A stretch of DNA of 64,000 bases, taken from Bacillota bacterium. Its GTDB lineage: Bacteria; Bacillota; JAAYKD01. Under the pieces are notes generated by a model. It did no database searches, had not been told where the DNA came from, and saw nothing but the letters and a program-made list of their open reading frames with translations. Numbering within the stretch: the first letter of the stretch is position 1; each line of letters begins with the position of its first letter. The DNA is taken from NCBI GenBank assembly GCA_963666425.2, contig OY762825.2:608001-672000 (forward strand), given 5' to 3'. Positions 37,613 to 48,217 of the stretch are shown here, piece by piece. Made by a program: the position numbers and the translations under genes.

Positions 37613-39229
37613 TTAATTGATTGTTTTACAGGAGACAAAGATCCGGTTACTGATCAGCACCGCCATTTCTCGTGTCGCTACCGCGCGGGGTGAAAGATAG
37701 GCAAAATCGATTCCCTGTACGATACCGCCGGCCACCAGGCGTTCGACGGCTGCACGCGCCTCGGCTGTCACTTCGCTTTGATCGACACTGATCAAAGCAG
37801 CCGGCTGCTTTACCGTGCCCGAAAAGTGCTGTCGAACCGCGTCAAACAGCTGCATCAGCTGCTGGCGCGGACAATCCATGGCTGCTTCTGCCGAATTCCA
37901 GCTCAGGTCAGTCAATAAGGTTAGCCGGCGCGCTTGCTCAAGATACGTTTTTGCGCCAGGTAAAATCAAATCCGTCTGCCCCGCCAAACGCTGATAAAGC
38001 GAGACAGCCAATTGACAGGCTTCTTCTCTGCTAATCGGCTCCGTATAGCGCCGCTGCAGGAGGAGCGGGACCAAATCATTGGCTTCCGCCGCTGCAATTT
38101 CCGGCTCTGCCCAAGCATCTGCCGGAAGATCCTGCAAACTAAGATAGACAGCATTGCTCAATGGCCGCGTCGCTTTGGTATAAAAAACACCATCCACATA
38201 GAAGGCCGACGAATCGCCGCCATCCAAATTGATGGCATTCTCGGCGCCGAGTGCCTGCATCGCCAGCGCCAAATCCGCGATGGAGCAAGCGGCTACCGTA
38301 CCGAAGACCAGTTCACCCGCTTTGGTCATCGCAAGAAAGCTGCGCTGTTCTTTGCCTGAGAATAAATGCTGTTCTGTAAAACCTTCCGCTGCCGGATCAC
38401 AGGCGATGACGCCGTTTTTCACCAGCGTCGGTCCGGCTCCTAAGCTAAAGACGATATTGTTCCAATCCAGTAATTGGCCCGGAGCAGCGATCCCGTTGCT
38501 GATTTGGTTTTCGTAAGTCTTGATTTGGTAGGACACCTGATCCCCCAGCTGGAAACGCTTAGCATACTCGCTGTCATCGATCAGCAGGGTGAATCCTTCC
38601 CGGTCGATCGCCGCTTCACCGCGCACGATCTCACTGACAATCCCCTGGCGCACGACAATGGATGTTCCGGTATGACTGCCGGTCGTGCTGCCGAAATCAT
38701 GCGTAAACAGAATGATTTCACCCGCAGTCTGATAGCGATGGTTCATCCCCCAAGCAGTCCAGCTCTGATCTTCCGCGCCGCTTCGCTTGATGCTGCCGCT
38801 GATTTCGGTATACAAGCGTTCCACCCTGCTCTTGCCGGACGAATCCACCGCAAAGACCGAACCGATATTGCCCAGATGCAAAAATTCCCCCTCCAGCTGA
38901 ATCACACCATACGGCAACGGCAATTTCTCGTAGGCTCCGTAATAACCGCCGTTGATCATCGCCAGCGAGGCAATTTCGTTTTGCAGCAGTTCTGCCGCCA
39001 TGACCTCCAGGTTTGCCACCGCGGCAATCCGATCCTGCGCCAGGATACCGCCTAATTTCACGTTAGGATCCGATAAATCGACCTGAACAAATTTCAGTTG
39101 ATAAGTGGTTCCAGCCAGCTGTATTTGCTGGCTTCTCGCTTGCAGTTTGTTTTCAGCGGCGCTGACTACAAAAGTGCTGCTGCAGAACAAGCTTAAGAGT
39201 AGGATGCAGAGAAAAAGACGTTTTTTCAC
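37613..39229 (-). CDS. Secreted phosphodiester glycosidase (NAGPA-like) with C-terminal SLH-like repeats
   Basis: Signal peptide; INGGYY, GAGPTLVKNG, AINLDGGDSS; SLH-like 'ISREE' and 'GIVQG...SP....TRE'. Confidence 0.85.
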   Translation of the reverse strand: MKKRLFLCILLLSLFCSSTFVVSAAENKLQARSQQIQLAGTTYQLKFVQVDLSDPNVKLGGILAQDRIAAVANLEVMAAELLQNEIASLAMINGGYYGAYEKLPLPYGVIQLEGEFLHLGNIGSVFAVDSSGKSRVERLYTEISGSIKRSGAEDQSWTAWGMNHRYQTAGEIILFTHDFGSTTGSHTGTSIVVRQGIVSEIVRGEAAIDREGFTLLIDDSEYAKRFQLGDQVSYQIKTYENQISNGIAAPGQLLDWNNIVFSLGAGPTLVKNGVIACDPAAEGFTEQHLFSGKEQRSFLAMTKAGELVFGTVAACSIADLALAMQALGAENAINLDGGDSSAFYVDGVFYTKATRPLSNAVYLSLQDLPADAWAEPEIAAAEANDLVPLLLQRRYTEPISREEACQLAVSLYQRLAGQTDLILPGAKTYLEQARRLTLLTDLSWNSAEAAMDCPRQQLMQLFDAVRQHFSGTVKQPAALISVDQSEVTAEARAAVERLVAGGIVQGIDFAYLSPRAVATREMAVLISNRIFVSCKTIN

Positions 39230-39313
39230 TCAATCACTTCTCCCTTAAAAACCCGAAGGGCAGCAGCGCGTTTTCTTATTTGCTGCGTCTGCTGCCTTAA
39301 AGGTCAAACTGAC

Positions 39314-39694
39314 CTAGATCTGTTTAATTTTTTCCATGGCGTCTTCCATGCTGATCTCGCCCTTACCCAGTTGTTCCAGAATGGTCCGACGCTGAGCAGC
39401 CTTCTGATCTTCGCTGTCTGGCCTGTCTACCGTATAACCCAACGCTTCAATCACGGTATCCAGGCGGTTGCGCACGGTGGGATAGGAAATTCCCAGTTCG
39501 CGTTCGACTTCTTTAATGTTCCCTCTGGAACGGATAAACACCTCAACAAATTCTTTCAGTTCCGGACTTAACTGGCAGAATTTACAGACATCAAATTCCC
39601 CTTCAATGGTGGTGCCGCAATTATCGCAGTGCAGTCGGGTGACGGAAAGAGCTTCGTAGCATACCGGACAGCGCCCAAGTACTTTACGTTTCAT
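39314..39694 (-). CDS. DUF2089 family protein (Zn-ribbon + HTH)
   Basis: CPVC...C..C, F....GNIKEVERELGISYPTVRNRLD, C-terminal IL..L..GEIS.EDA. Confidence 0.9.
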   Translation of the reverse strand: MKRKVLGRCPVCYEALSVTRLHCDNCGTTIEGEFDVCKFCQLSPELKEFVEVFIRSRGNIKEVERELGISYPTVRNRLDTVIEALGYTVDRPDSEDQKAAQRRTILEQLGKGEISMEDAMEKIKQI

Positions 39695-39821
39695 TTTTAT
39701 CATTCCTTTCAGCGGAGCTTTCTTTCATTTCTTCTTATTATTGTCTCTGTTTTTACAGAGTTTGTCAAGTGCCATTTTACCGCTTTGATTTGAGCAAACA
39801 AAATTGATTTGCTTAATCAGG

Positions 39822-39930
39822 AATGTTCGCCTTTAACGTTGACTTTTCTGATATAGCATGATATAATGTTCATGATTCGACGAATAACCGAACAATTTTA
39901 GGGTTTTACCCATCAAATCGTTCGTGTTCG
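39822..39930 (+). promoter_or_regulatory. sigmaA promoter of the pur operon with PurR (PurBox)-like sites
   Basis: TTGACT(39839)-N17-TATAAT(39862) with extended TG. ATAACCGAACAAT at 39884-39896 matches AWWWCCGAACWWT; inverted boxes near 39917-39929 and 39822-39834. Confidence 0.8.
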
Positions 39931-39950
39931 ACAAGAAAGGGGTTATTCAT

Positions 39951-40481
39951 ACGGAAAAGAAAGTTTGGCTGATCATGGGCAGTGATTCCGACCTGGCTTT
40001 GATGGCTTCCGCTGCGAAAATCCTGGAGGATTTCAGTGTGCCCTATGAAATGACAATTGCCTCTGCTCATCGCTGCACCAATTACGTGACCGAGCATGCT
40101 GCCGAATTGGCAAAAGAAGGTTTTGGCGTCGTGATCGCTGCTGCTGGCTTGGCTGCTCATTTACCCGGAGTGATCGCCGGCAGCACCAGCTTGCCGGTAA
40201 TTGGGGTTCCGCTTGCTTCCGGAGCATTACAGGGCGTGGATGCGCTCTACGCCATTGTGCAGATGCCAACCGGCGTGCCCGTTGCTTGTGTCGCAATCAA
40301 TGGTGTGAAAAACGCCGCTCTGTTAGCGGTGCAAATCCTGGCGCTTGCCAATCCCCGCCTCGCAGAAGCCTTTGCAAACTACAAGGAAAACCTGGCACAG
40401 GAAGTATTGACAAAGAATGAAAAATTAGCAAAAATCGGTTATGCAGCTTACCTAAAGGAAAAGGGGGTCACTTCCATATGA
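39951..40481 (+). CDS. purE: N5-CAIR mutase / AIR carboxylase
   Basis: [35 protein letters not shown]. Start uncertain (ACG 39951 favoured over GTG 39924). Confidence 0.93.
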   Translation, partial: TEKKVWLIMGSDSDLALMASAAKILEDFSVPYEMTIASAHRCTNYVTEHAAELAKEGFGVVIAAAGLAAHLPGVIAGSTSLPVIGVPLASGALQGVDALYAIVQMPTGVPVACVAINGVKNAALLAVQILALANPRLAEAFANYKENLAQEVLTKNEKLAKIGYAAYLKEKGVTSI

Positions 40482-41773
40482 TTGAACGTTATACCAGACC
40501 TGTGATGGCAAAGTTATGGTCAGAAGACAACCGTTATCAAAAATGGCTGGAAGTTGAACTATTGGCAGCCGAAGCCTGGGCTGAGTTGGGTGTCGTCCCG
40601 CGCGAAGCGGCGCAGCAGCTGCGCAAGAACGCCCGTTTTAATGTCCAGCGCATCAATGAAATTGAAGCGGAAACACGTCATGATGTGGTCGCCTTCACCC
40701 GCTGTATCGCAGAGAACCTGGGAGAAGAATCGAAATATCTGCATTATGGCCTCACCTCCACCGACGTCGTCGATACCGCGCTTTCCGCTGTTTTGAAAGA
40801 AGCAGTCAGCCTGATTCAGGAAGACCTTGATCGCTTTGCGGAAGTACTGCGGCAGCAAGCAATTCGTTATAAAGACGTGCCTTGCATGGGCCGTACCCAT
40901 GGCGTCCATGCGGAACCAACCACCTTCGGCCTGAAATTGGCCCTGTGGTACAGCGAAACCCGCCGCAATATCGTTCGTTTGGCTCGCGCCAAAGAAGCGA
41001 TTGCCGTCGGTAAAATTTCCGGTGCGGTTGGTACTTATGCCAATGTCGATCCTTTTGTAGAACGTTATGTCTGCGAAGGCATGAATTTGCAGCCCGCTCT
41101 GATTTCCACGCAGATTTTACAGCGTGATCGCCACGCCGAATTGATGACCACGCTGGCGATCATCGCTTCCTGTTTGGATAAATACGCGACAGAGATCCGC
41201 GGCCTGCAAAAGACCGAAATTCGGGAAGTAGAAGAGCCCTTCCGTCCCGGCCAAAAAGGATCTTCCGCCATGCCGCACAAACGCAATCCGGTCAACTGTG
41301 AACAAGTCAGCGGCTTAGCCCGTGTGATCCGCGGCAATGCGATTGCTGCGCTGGAGGATATTCCTCTCTGGCATGAACGCGACATCTCCCATTCTTCCGT
41401 CGAGCGGATTATCCTGCCTGATACTACCACTCTGATCGATTATCTATTGGTTAAGTTCACCGGCATTGTTAAAGATTTGCTGGTTTACCCCAAAAATATG
41501 CTGCGCAATATCGATAAGAGCCATGGTTTGATCCATAGCCAGCAAGTCCTGCTCAAACTGATCGAAAAAGGCCTGCTGCGGGAAACCGCTTATGATCTGG
41601 TGCAAAAAAATGCCATGCGCGCCTGGGAAGAAGAGCTGCCCTTCCGGGAATTGCTCAGCCAGGAACCGCTGATTACCGAAAAACTGACTGCGGCAGACTT
41701 GGATGATTGTTTTGACATCCGGCATCACTTAAAGTATGTTGATGATATCTTTGCCAAGCTGGGCCTAGTCTAA
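40478..41773 (+). CDS. purB: Adenylosuccinate lyase
   Basis: [49 protein letters not shown]. Confidence 0.97.
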   Translation: MIERYTRPVMAKLWSEDNRYQKWLEVELLAAEAWAELGVVPREAAQQLRKNARFNVQRINEIEAETRHDVVAFTRCIAENLGEESKYLHYGLTSTDVVDTALSAVLKEAVSLIQEDLDRFAEVLRQQAIRYKDVPCMGRTHGVHAEPTTFGLKLALWYSETRRNIVRLARAKEAIAVGKISGAVGTYANVDPFVERYVCEGMNLQPALISTQILQRDRHAELMTTLAIIASCLDKYATEIRGLQKTEIREVEEPFRPGQKGSSAMPHKRNPVNCEQVSGLARVIRGNAIAALEDIPLWHERDISHSSVERIILPDTTTLIDYLLVKFTGIVKDLLVYPKNMLRNIDKSHGLIHSQQVLLKLIEKGLLRETAYDLVQKNAMRAWEEELPFRELLSQEPLITEKLTAADLDDCFDIRHHLKYVDDIFAKLGLV

Positions 41774-41781
41774 AATAAAGC

Positions 41782-41812
41782 AAAAAGCGGTAGCCTCAAA
41801 GCTGCCGTTTTT
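41782..41812 (+). terminator. Terminator-like hairpin between purB and purS
   Basis: AAAAGCGGTAGC-ctcaaa-GCTGCCGTTTTT. Confidence 0.65.
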
Positions 41813-41875
41813 CCTCTCCCTGATCAGGTTTCGATCTGTCTATTAAAAAAGATGAATGAGAAGGAGTGTTTTCTG

Positions 41876-42127
41876 ATGACATTTAAAGCTTCCCTAAACA
41901 TTACACTGCGCCCCAGCATTTTGGATCCGCAAGGTTCTGCTGTCTTGAATTCCTTACGCAGCCTGCATTACAGCGATGTCAAATCGGTGCGGATCGGCAA
42001 ATTTATGGAGGTTGTGGTAGAAGCAGCCGATGCTGCCGCGGCCGAAGCAATGATCCGCCAGCTCTGCAGCATTCTCCTGACAAACCCGGTAATGGAAGAT
42101 TATACACTGACCCTGACGGAGGTATAA
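41876..42127 (+). CDS. purS: FGAM synthase subunit PurS
   Basis: ILDPQG, VRIGK, LL.NPVMEDY; ATG 41876 after AAGGAG. Confidence 0.95.
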   Translation: MTFKASLNITLRPSILDPQGSAVLNSLRSLHYSDVKSVRIGKFMEVVVEAADAAAAEAMIRQLCSILLTNPVMEDYTLTLTEV

Positions 42128-42130
42128 ATC

Positions 42131-42829
42131 ATGAAATTCGCTGTGATCCTCTTTCCCGGTTCCAACTGTGAGGTTGATTGTGTGCACGTGATCAAAGAAG
42201 TGCTGCAGGAACCGGTTACCACTGTCTGGCATAAAGAATCCGATTTATCCGCTTACGACGCGGTAATTCTGCCGGGCGGGTTTTCCTATGGCGATTATCT
42301 GCGCTGCGGCGCCATCGCCCGTTTTTCACCGATCATGGATGCCGTGATTGCCCATGCCAAAGCCGGCAAACCGCTGCTGGGTATCTGCAATGGTTTTCAG
42401 ATTTTAACCGAATGTGGTTTGTTGCCCGGTGCTTTATTGAGAAACCCCAGTCTGCAGTTTATTTGTGAAGACCGCTGGCTGCGCGTGGAAAACAATCAGA
42501 CACAGTTCACCCGACTCTATCAGGATCAACAAGTGATCCGCATCCCCATCGCGCACGCGGAAGGCAATTATTTTGCGGATCCCGACACGATTGCCCGCCT
42601 GGAAGATCGGCAGCAAATCGTTTTTCGCTACTGCGACGCAAACGGTGCGCTTACGGCAGAAGCGAATCCCAATGGATCGCTTCATCATATCGCCGGGATC
42701 GTCAATGAAGCCGGCAATGTGCTGGGCATGATGCCGCATCCGGAACGTCTGTCGGAAAAAATCCTGGGCGGCGACGACGGTCTGCTGCTGTTTGAATCGA
42801 TGCTGAAAACCTGGAGGGAACGTCAATGA
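42131..42829 (+). CDS. purQ: FGAM synthase glutaminase subunit
   Basis: [36 protein letters not shown]. Confidence 0.97.
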   Translation: MKFAVILFPGSNCEVDCVHVIKEVLQEPVTTVWHKESDLSAYDAVILPGGFSYGDYLRCGAIARFSPIMDAVIAHAKAGKPLLGICNGFQILTECGLLPGALLRNPSLQFICEDRWLRVENNQTQFTRLYQDQQVIRIPIAHAEGNYFADPDTIARLEDRQQIVFRYCDANGALTAEANPNGSLHHIAGIVNEAGNVLGMMPHPERLSEKILGGDDGLLLFESMLKTWRERQ

Positions 42830-45039
42830 GTAGCAAACAAGCAACCTGGCGGGAAATGGGTCTGTCTCAAAGTGAATATGATAAAATTCTGCAAATCATG
42901 CAGCGGGAGCCTACTTACCCCGAACTTGGCATGTTTTCTGCCATGTGGAGTGAACATTGCTCTTATAAAACCTCCAAGAACACGCTGCGTCTCTTCCCTA
43001 CCACCGGAAAACGCATTCTGCAGGGCCCTGGTGAAAATGCCGGCGTGATCGACATCGGTGACAATCAGGCGATTGCTTTTAAAGTGGAAAGTCATAACCA
43101 TCCTTCCGCGATCGAACCGTTTCAGGGGGCTGCCACCGGTGTGGGCGGCATCATCCGCGATATCTTCACCATGGGTGCCCGTCCGATCGCTTGCCTGGAC
43201 TCGCTGCGTTTCGGTGATTTAAGCAATGCGCGGGTGCGTTATCTGGTCAATGGTGTGGTGGACGGCATTGCCGCTTATGGCAACTGTATGGGGATTCCGA
43301 CTGTTGCCGGCGAAACCGGTTTTCATTCCTCGTACAATGGCAATCCGTTGGTCAATGCCATGTGCGTCGGTATCATCGAAGACGGCCGCATCCATAAAGG
43401 CCTTGCCTCCGGTGTGGGCAATCCGGTCATGGCGGTCGGTGCCCGTACCGGGCGCGACGGCATTCATGGCGCCACTTTTGCTTCCGTAGAATTGAGCGCC
43501 GAATCGGAAAGCAGACGGCCGGCGGTGCAGTGCGGCGATCCTTTCATGGAAAAGCTGCTGTTGGAAGCCTGTTTAGAATTGATGCAGACCGATGCCGTGA
43601 TCGGAATTCAGGATATGGGCGCGGCGGGACTCACCTCCTCCAGCTGTGAAATGGCCGGGCGCGGCGGCTGCGGCATCGATTTTGATGTCACTTTGGTTCC
43701 CCAGCGTGAAACCGGAATGACCCCCTATGAAATTCTGCTTTCTGAATCGCAGGAACGCATGGTTGTGGTGGTAGAAAAAGGACGCGAAGCAGAAGTAACC
43801 GCCATTTTTGATAAATGGGGCTTGGAAGCGGCTGTGATCGGCCATGTCACCGATGATCATTATGTTACTGTGCGGGAAAACGGCAACATCGTCGTGCATA
43901 TTCCAACCAGCGCCTTAACCGATGAAGCACCGCTCTACAATAACGAAGCCAAACGCCCCGCTTATCTGGATGAAAAGCAAGCTTTCGATCCGATGAGCCT
44001 CGCCGAACCAACCGACCCGAATCAAGTGCTGCGTCAGCTGCTGGCTTCGCCCAATATTTGCTCCAAGGAATGGGTTTACCGTCATTACGATCATATGGTC
44101 CGCACTTCGACCGTGATTCGCCCCGGCAGTGATGCCGCTGTGCTGCGCATCAAAGGGACACAAAAGGGCCTGGCCATGACGATTGACTGCAACAGCCGTT
44201 ACGTCTATCTGGATCCCCTGACCGGTGGGAAAATCGCCGTCGCCGAAGCGGCCCGCAATCTGGTCTGCAGCGGCGCCGAGCCTTTGGCTATCACCAATTG
44301 TTTGAATTTTGGCAACCCGGAAAAACCGGAAGTCTTTTATACCTTCCAGCAGGCTGTCACCGGCATGGCCGAAGCCTGCCGGGTGCTCGATACGCCGGTA
44401 ACCGGCGGCAATGTTTCTTTTTATAATGAAAATCAGCATGGCGCTGTTTACCCGACCCCAACCGTCGGTATGATCGGCCTACTGAAAAACATCGATCATG
44501 CCACCAGGCAGGGATTCCCATCAGCTGGTGAAACGATTTATCTGGTGGGTGAAAGCAAAAACGAATTGGGAGGCAGCGAGTATCTGGCGCAGATTCATCA
44601 GATCGAAGCCGGCATGCCGCCCAGCATTGATTTGGAGCGGGAAGTCGGCGTGCAGCATTTGGTGCTGACGGCGATCCAAAACGGTCTGGTCAGCTCCGCG
44701 CATGACTGCTCAGAAGGCGGTTTGGCGGTCGCCTTGGCAGAAATGGCCATCGCCGGCCAACTGGGTGCCATGGTGAAACTGCCAGGTACGCTGCGCAGCG
44801 ACGCCGCTCTCTTCAGCGAAAGCCAGTCCCGCATTCTGGTTACGGTGCCTCAGCAGGCCGCTGCCGCCTGGCAGGCGCTGACGGCTGCCGGCAAGGTGCC
44901 GATCCAGGCTCTGGGTGTCTCGGGCGGTGATCGCCTGGAAATCAGCCATAACGGCAAGACCCTGATTCAACTGCCTCTCAATGAAATCACAACCCTTTGG
45001 AAGGAGGCTCTTCCTTGCGCATTGATGACTACGAAATAA
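42826..45039 (+). CDS. purL: FGAM synthase subunit PurL (small form)
   Basis: [54 protein letters not shown]. Confidence 0.97.
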   Translation: MSSKQATWREMGLSQSEYDKILQIMQREPTYPELGMFSAMWSEHCSYKTSKNTLRLFPTTGKRILQGPGENAGVIDIGDNQAIAFKVESHNHPSAIEPFQGAATGVGGIIRDIFTMGARPIACLDSLRFGDLSNARVRYLVNGVVDGIAAYGNCMGIPTVAGETGFHSSYNGNPLVNAMCVGIIEDGRIHKGLASGVGNPVMAVGARTGRDGIHGATFASVELSAESESRRPAVQCGDPFMEKLLLEACLELMQTDAVIGIQDMGAAGLTSSSCEMAGRGGCGIDFDVTLVPQRETGMTPYEILLSESQERMVVVVEKGREAEVTAIFDKWGLEAAVIGHVTDDHYVTVRENGNIVVHIPTSALTDEAPLYNNEAKRPAYLDEKQAFDPMSLAEPTDPNQVLRQLLASPNICSKEWVYRHYDHMVRTSTVIRPGSDAAVLRIKGTQKGLAMTIDCNSRYVYLDPLTGGKIAVAEAARNLVCSGAEPLAITNCLNFGNPEKPEVFYTFQQAVTGMAEACRVLDTPVTGGNVSFYNENQHGAVYPTPTVGMIGLLKNIDHATRQGFPSAGETIYLVGESKNELGGSEYLAQIHQIEAGMPPSIDLEREVGVQHLVLTAIQNGLVSSAHDCSEGGLAVALAEMAIAGQLGAMVKLPGTLRSDAALFSESQSRILVTVPQQAAAAWQALTAAGKVPIQALGVSGGDRLEISHNGKTLIQLPLNEITTLWKEALPCALMTTK

Positions 45040-46487
45040 TCTCAAGCGACTCTGCCCGGCAAGATCCGTCTGACACGCTTGAAGCGGCGGATCGGCCGGA
45101 AGAAGCCTGCGGTGTTTTCGGGATTTGGGCTCCCGGTGAACCGGTCGCTTTGCATACCTATTATGCACTGATCTCCCTGCAGCACCGCGGTCAGGAAAGC
45201 GCCGGCATCATTGTTGCTAATCAGGATGGCTTGAGCATCCATAAAGGCATGGGTTTGGTGACCGATGTCTTTGAAAATTCCAGTTTCCTCTCCCAGCCGG
45301 GTTTTGCCGCTCTGGGACATGTACGCTATTCCACCACCGGCGGTTCCAGTTTTTTGAATTCTCAGCCTCTGCTGATCCGCTACAAAGGCGGCCAACTGGC
45401 GCTGGCGCATAACGGCAATCTGGTCAATGCCGCCGAACTGCGGGAAGAATTGGAACAGAAAGGTTCGATCTTCCAATCTACCATTGACAGCGAAGTGTTT
45501 GCGCATCTGATTGCCCGCAGCGGTTTCGCCGCGCCGGAAACGGCGCTGTCGGAAGCGGTGCAGCGCATCCGCGGCGGTTACGCAATCATCTTCCTGACAG
45601 AAAACAAACTGATCGCCATGCGGGATCCCAATGGGATTCGTCCCCTGTCTTTGGGCAAATTGGGAGAAAATTACGTTGTCGCTTCGGAAAGCTGTGCCTT
45701 TGATACCATCGGAGCCACTTTCCTGCGGGAAATCGAACCGGGCGAAGGCATTACAATTGATCACAGCGGTTTACACAGCTTCCGTGCCGCACCGGCCGGA
45801 CGGCATAATCTTTGCGCTTTTGAGTATATCTATTTTGCCCGTCCGGACAGTACCATGTATGGCAATAATATTCACACCATCCGCAAGCTGTTGGGTAAAG
45901 CGTTAGCCAAGGAAGCGCCGGTCGAAGCCGATCTGGTCACCGGTGTGCCGGACAGTTCGATTTCCGCCGCCATCGGCTATGCGGAAGCCAGCGGTATTCC
46001 CTATGAAATGGCGCTGATCAAGAATCGCTATATGGGCCGCACCTTTATCAAACCGACGCAGGAAATGCGCCAAACGGCGGTGCGCTTGAAACTCAACCCG
46101 GTGCGCAGCATTGTGGAAGGCAAACGAGTTTTGCTGGTGGATGATTCGATCGTGCGCGGCACAACCACGACTTACATCATCAAACTGCTGAAGGAAGTGG
46201 GAGCCAAAGAGGTACACGTGCGCATCTCTTCACCGCCTTATCGCTTCCCCTGCTATTTTGGCATTGATACCTCTTCCCGCGGCGAATTGATTGCTGCCAA
46301 TAACACGGTAGCCGAAACCTGCAAAATCATCGGCGCCGACAGTTTACACTATTTATCGCAGAACTCCCTAACGCGCATCTTGGCGGAACGCGGCGTGCAG
46401 CTCTGTGAAGCCTGTTTTGACGGCGATTATCCGGTGCGTTTGAGCAATAACCCCTTAGGCAAGTCAGCACTTGAACGGAGGAAATAG
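45015..46487 (+). CDS. purF: Amidophosphoribosyltransferase
   Basis: Propeptide then [33 protein letters not shown], Fe-S cysteines. TTG 45015 after AAGGAGG. Confidence 0.96.
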   Translation: MRIDDYEIISSDSARQDPSDTLEAADRPEEACGVFGIWAPGEPVALHTYYALISLQHRGQESAGIIVANQDGLSIHKGMGLVTDVFENSSFLSQPGFAALGHVRYSTTGGSSFLNSQPLLIRYKGGQLALAHNGNLVNAAELREELEQKGSIFQSTIDSEVFAHLIARSGFAAPETALSEAVQRIRGGYAIIFLTENKLIAMRDPNGIRPLSLGKLGENYVVASESCAFDTIGATFLREIEPGEGITIDHSGLHSFRAAPAGRHNLCAFEYIYFARPDSTMYGNNIHTIRKLLGKALAKEAPVEADLVTGVPDSSISAAIGYAEASGIPYEMALIKNRYMGRTFIKPTQEMRQTAVRLKLNPVRSIVEGKRVLLVDDSIVRGTTTTYIIKLLKEVGAKEVHVRISSPPYRFPCYFGIDTSSRGELIAANNTVAETCKIIGADSLHYLSQNSLTRILAERGVQLCEACFDGDYPVRLSNNPLGKSALERRK

Positions 46488-46488
46488 C

Positions 46489-47535
46489 ATGTCTGAAGAA
46501 AAAAAATCGATGAGTTATGCCGATGCCGGGGTGGATGTCGATGCCGGCAACCGTGCTGTGGCTCTGATGAAAGACAAAGTGAAATCAACCTACCGCCCGG
46601 AAGTGTTGGGTGATTTGGGCGGCTTTGCCGGCTGTTTCCGTTTACCCAAACGTCCCATGCTGGAACCGGTTCTGTTGGCCGGCACCGATGGCGTTGGTAC
46701 CAAATTGAAATTGGCTTTCCAAACCGGCCTGCATCAGACGGTCGGTCAGGATCTGGTTGCCATGTGCGTCAACGATATTCTGGTCCAAGGCGCGGAACCG
46801 CTTTTCTTCCTCGATTATCTGGCCTGCGGCAAATTGATCCCGGAACAGGTCGCAACCATCGTCGGCGGCATTGCGGATGGCTGCAAGCTGGCCGGCTGCT
46901 CGCTGATTGGCGGAGAAACTGCGGAAATGCCTGGCTTTTATCAAACCGGCGAATATGATTTGGCTGGCTTTGCGGTTGGTATAGCCGATGCAGCCAAACT
47001 GATCAATGGCAAAGAGATCACAGCCGGTGACGTGATCATCGGTCTGGCCTCCAGTGGGGTACATTCCAATGGTTTTTCTCTGGTTCGCCACATCATCGAA
47101 GCCTCCGGTATTGATTTGCAGGAAAAAGCGGCCTGGAGCGATCACCCTTTAGGTGAGACGTTGCTGACTCCGACGAAAATCTATGTCAAAACCATTCTGC
47201 CCTTGCTGGAGAAGCTGACCATCAAAGGCATGGTGCACATCACAGGCGGCGGTTTCATCGAAAATGTGCCGCGCGTGCTGCCGGAGACTTGCGATGCAGT
47301 TTTTCAATTGGGTTCCTGGCCGGTGCTGCCTGTTTTCGAGTGGCTGCAGCAGCAAGGCAATGTCACTTTTCATGAAATGTACCGAACCTTCAACATGGGC
47401 ATCGGTTATATGATTTTTGCCGCACCCGATCAGGCGGAATTAATCCTGGCAGAGCTGCAGGCGTCCGGAGAAACAGCTTACCGCATCGGTCAGGTGGAAA
47501 CAGGCAGCGGCCTGGTGCGCTTTACGGAGGCTTAA
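46489..47535 (+). CDS. purM: AIR synthetase
   Basis: Y..AGVD, GTDGVGTK, AMCVND, GGETAEMP, HSNG.SL, HITGGG, FNMG. Confidence 0.97.
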   Translation: MSEEKKSMSYADAGVDVDAGNRAVALMKDKVKSTYRPEVLGDLGGFAGCFRLPKRPMLEPVLLAGTDGVGTKLKLAFQTGLHQTVGQDLVAMCVNDILVQGAEPLFFLDYLACGKLIPEQVATIVGGIADGCKLAGCSLIGGETAEMPGFYQTGEYDLAGFAVGIADAAKLINGKEITAGDVIIGLASSGVHSNGFSLVRHIIEASGIDLQEKAAWSDHPLGETLLTPTKIYVKTILPLLEKLTIKGMVHITGGGFIENVPRVLPETCDAVFQLGSWPVLPVFEWLQQQGNVTFHEMYRTFNMGIGYMIFAAPDQAELILAELQASGETAYRIGQVETGSGLVRFTEA

Positions 47536-47536
47536 G

Positions 47537-48166
47537 ATGCGACATTTAAAAATCGCCGCCTTTGTTTCCGGTTCCGGCCGCAATCTGCAGAGTATCTTGG
47601 ATGCCATCCGGGACGGGCGGCTGGATGCCGAAGTCTCGCTGGTAATTGCCAGCCGGCCGCAGATTGCGGCGATTGAACGGGCAGAACGTTATCAAATTCC
47701 TGTTCTGGTGATTTCCCGCAAACAATACGGTAAAGATATTGCCGGGTTCAGCCAGACCATTGCTCAGGCGCTGCAGCCGTATGGCGTCGATCTGATTCTG
47801 CTTTGCGGTTTTCTCTCTTTTCTCAGCCCGGAGTTCTGCAGCAGCTACAAAGAACGGATCCTGAATATCCATCCTTCTCTGCTGCCGGCCTTCGGCGGTA
47901 AGGGAGCTTACGGGGCCAATGTGCACCAAATGGTGCTAGAGTACGGCGCAAAAATCAGCGGCTGCACCGTGATGTTTGTCGATGCAGGCGAGGACAGCGG
48001 CCCAATCATTCTGCAAAAGTCAGTCCCTGTTTTGGATACGGATACGGCGGAGACGCTGGAAGCACGAGTGATGCAGGCGGAGCAGGCAGCTTATCCCGAG
48101 GCAGTCCGCCTTTTCGGTGAAGGACGCCTGCAGGTCGTAGGGCGGCGTGTCTTGATTGAAAACTAG
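47537..48166 (+). CDS. purN: Phosphoribosylglycinamide formyltransferase
   Basis: SGSG.NLQ, LNIHPSLLP.FGG, SGCTV, DSGPII.Q. Confidence 0.95.
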   Translation: MRHLKIAAFVSGSGRNLQSILDAIRDGRLDAEVSLVIASRPQIAAIERAERYQIPVLVISRKQYGKDIAGFSQTIAQALQPYGVDLILLCGFLSFLSPEFCSSYKERILNIHPSLLPAFGGKGAYGANVHQMVLEYGAKISGCTVMFVDAGEDSGPIILQKSVPVLDTDTAETLEARVMQAEQAAYPEAVRLFGEGRLQVVGRRVLIEN

Positions 48167-48217
48167 CGATTCCACAGCTTTTTTCATTGCAACAAAAAAT
48201 GAGAGGAAGTCTTTTTT

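Noticed and set aside
39868-48217. Guanine or ZTP riboswitch in the pur leader or before purH
   Set aside because: Leaders are too short (about 75 and 50 nt) and lack the conserved aptamer sequences.
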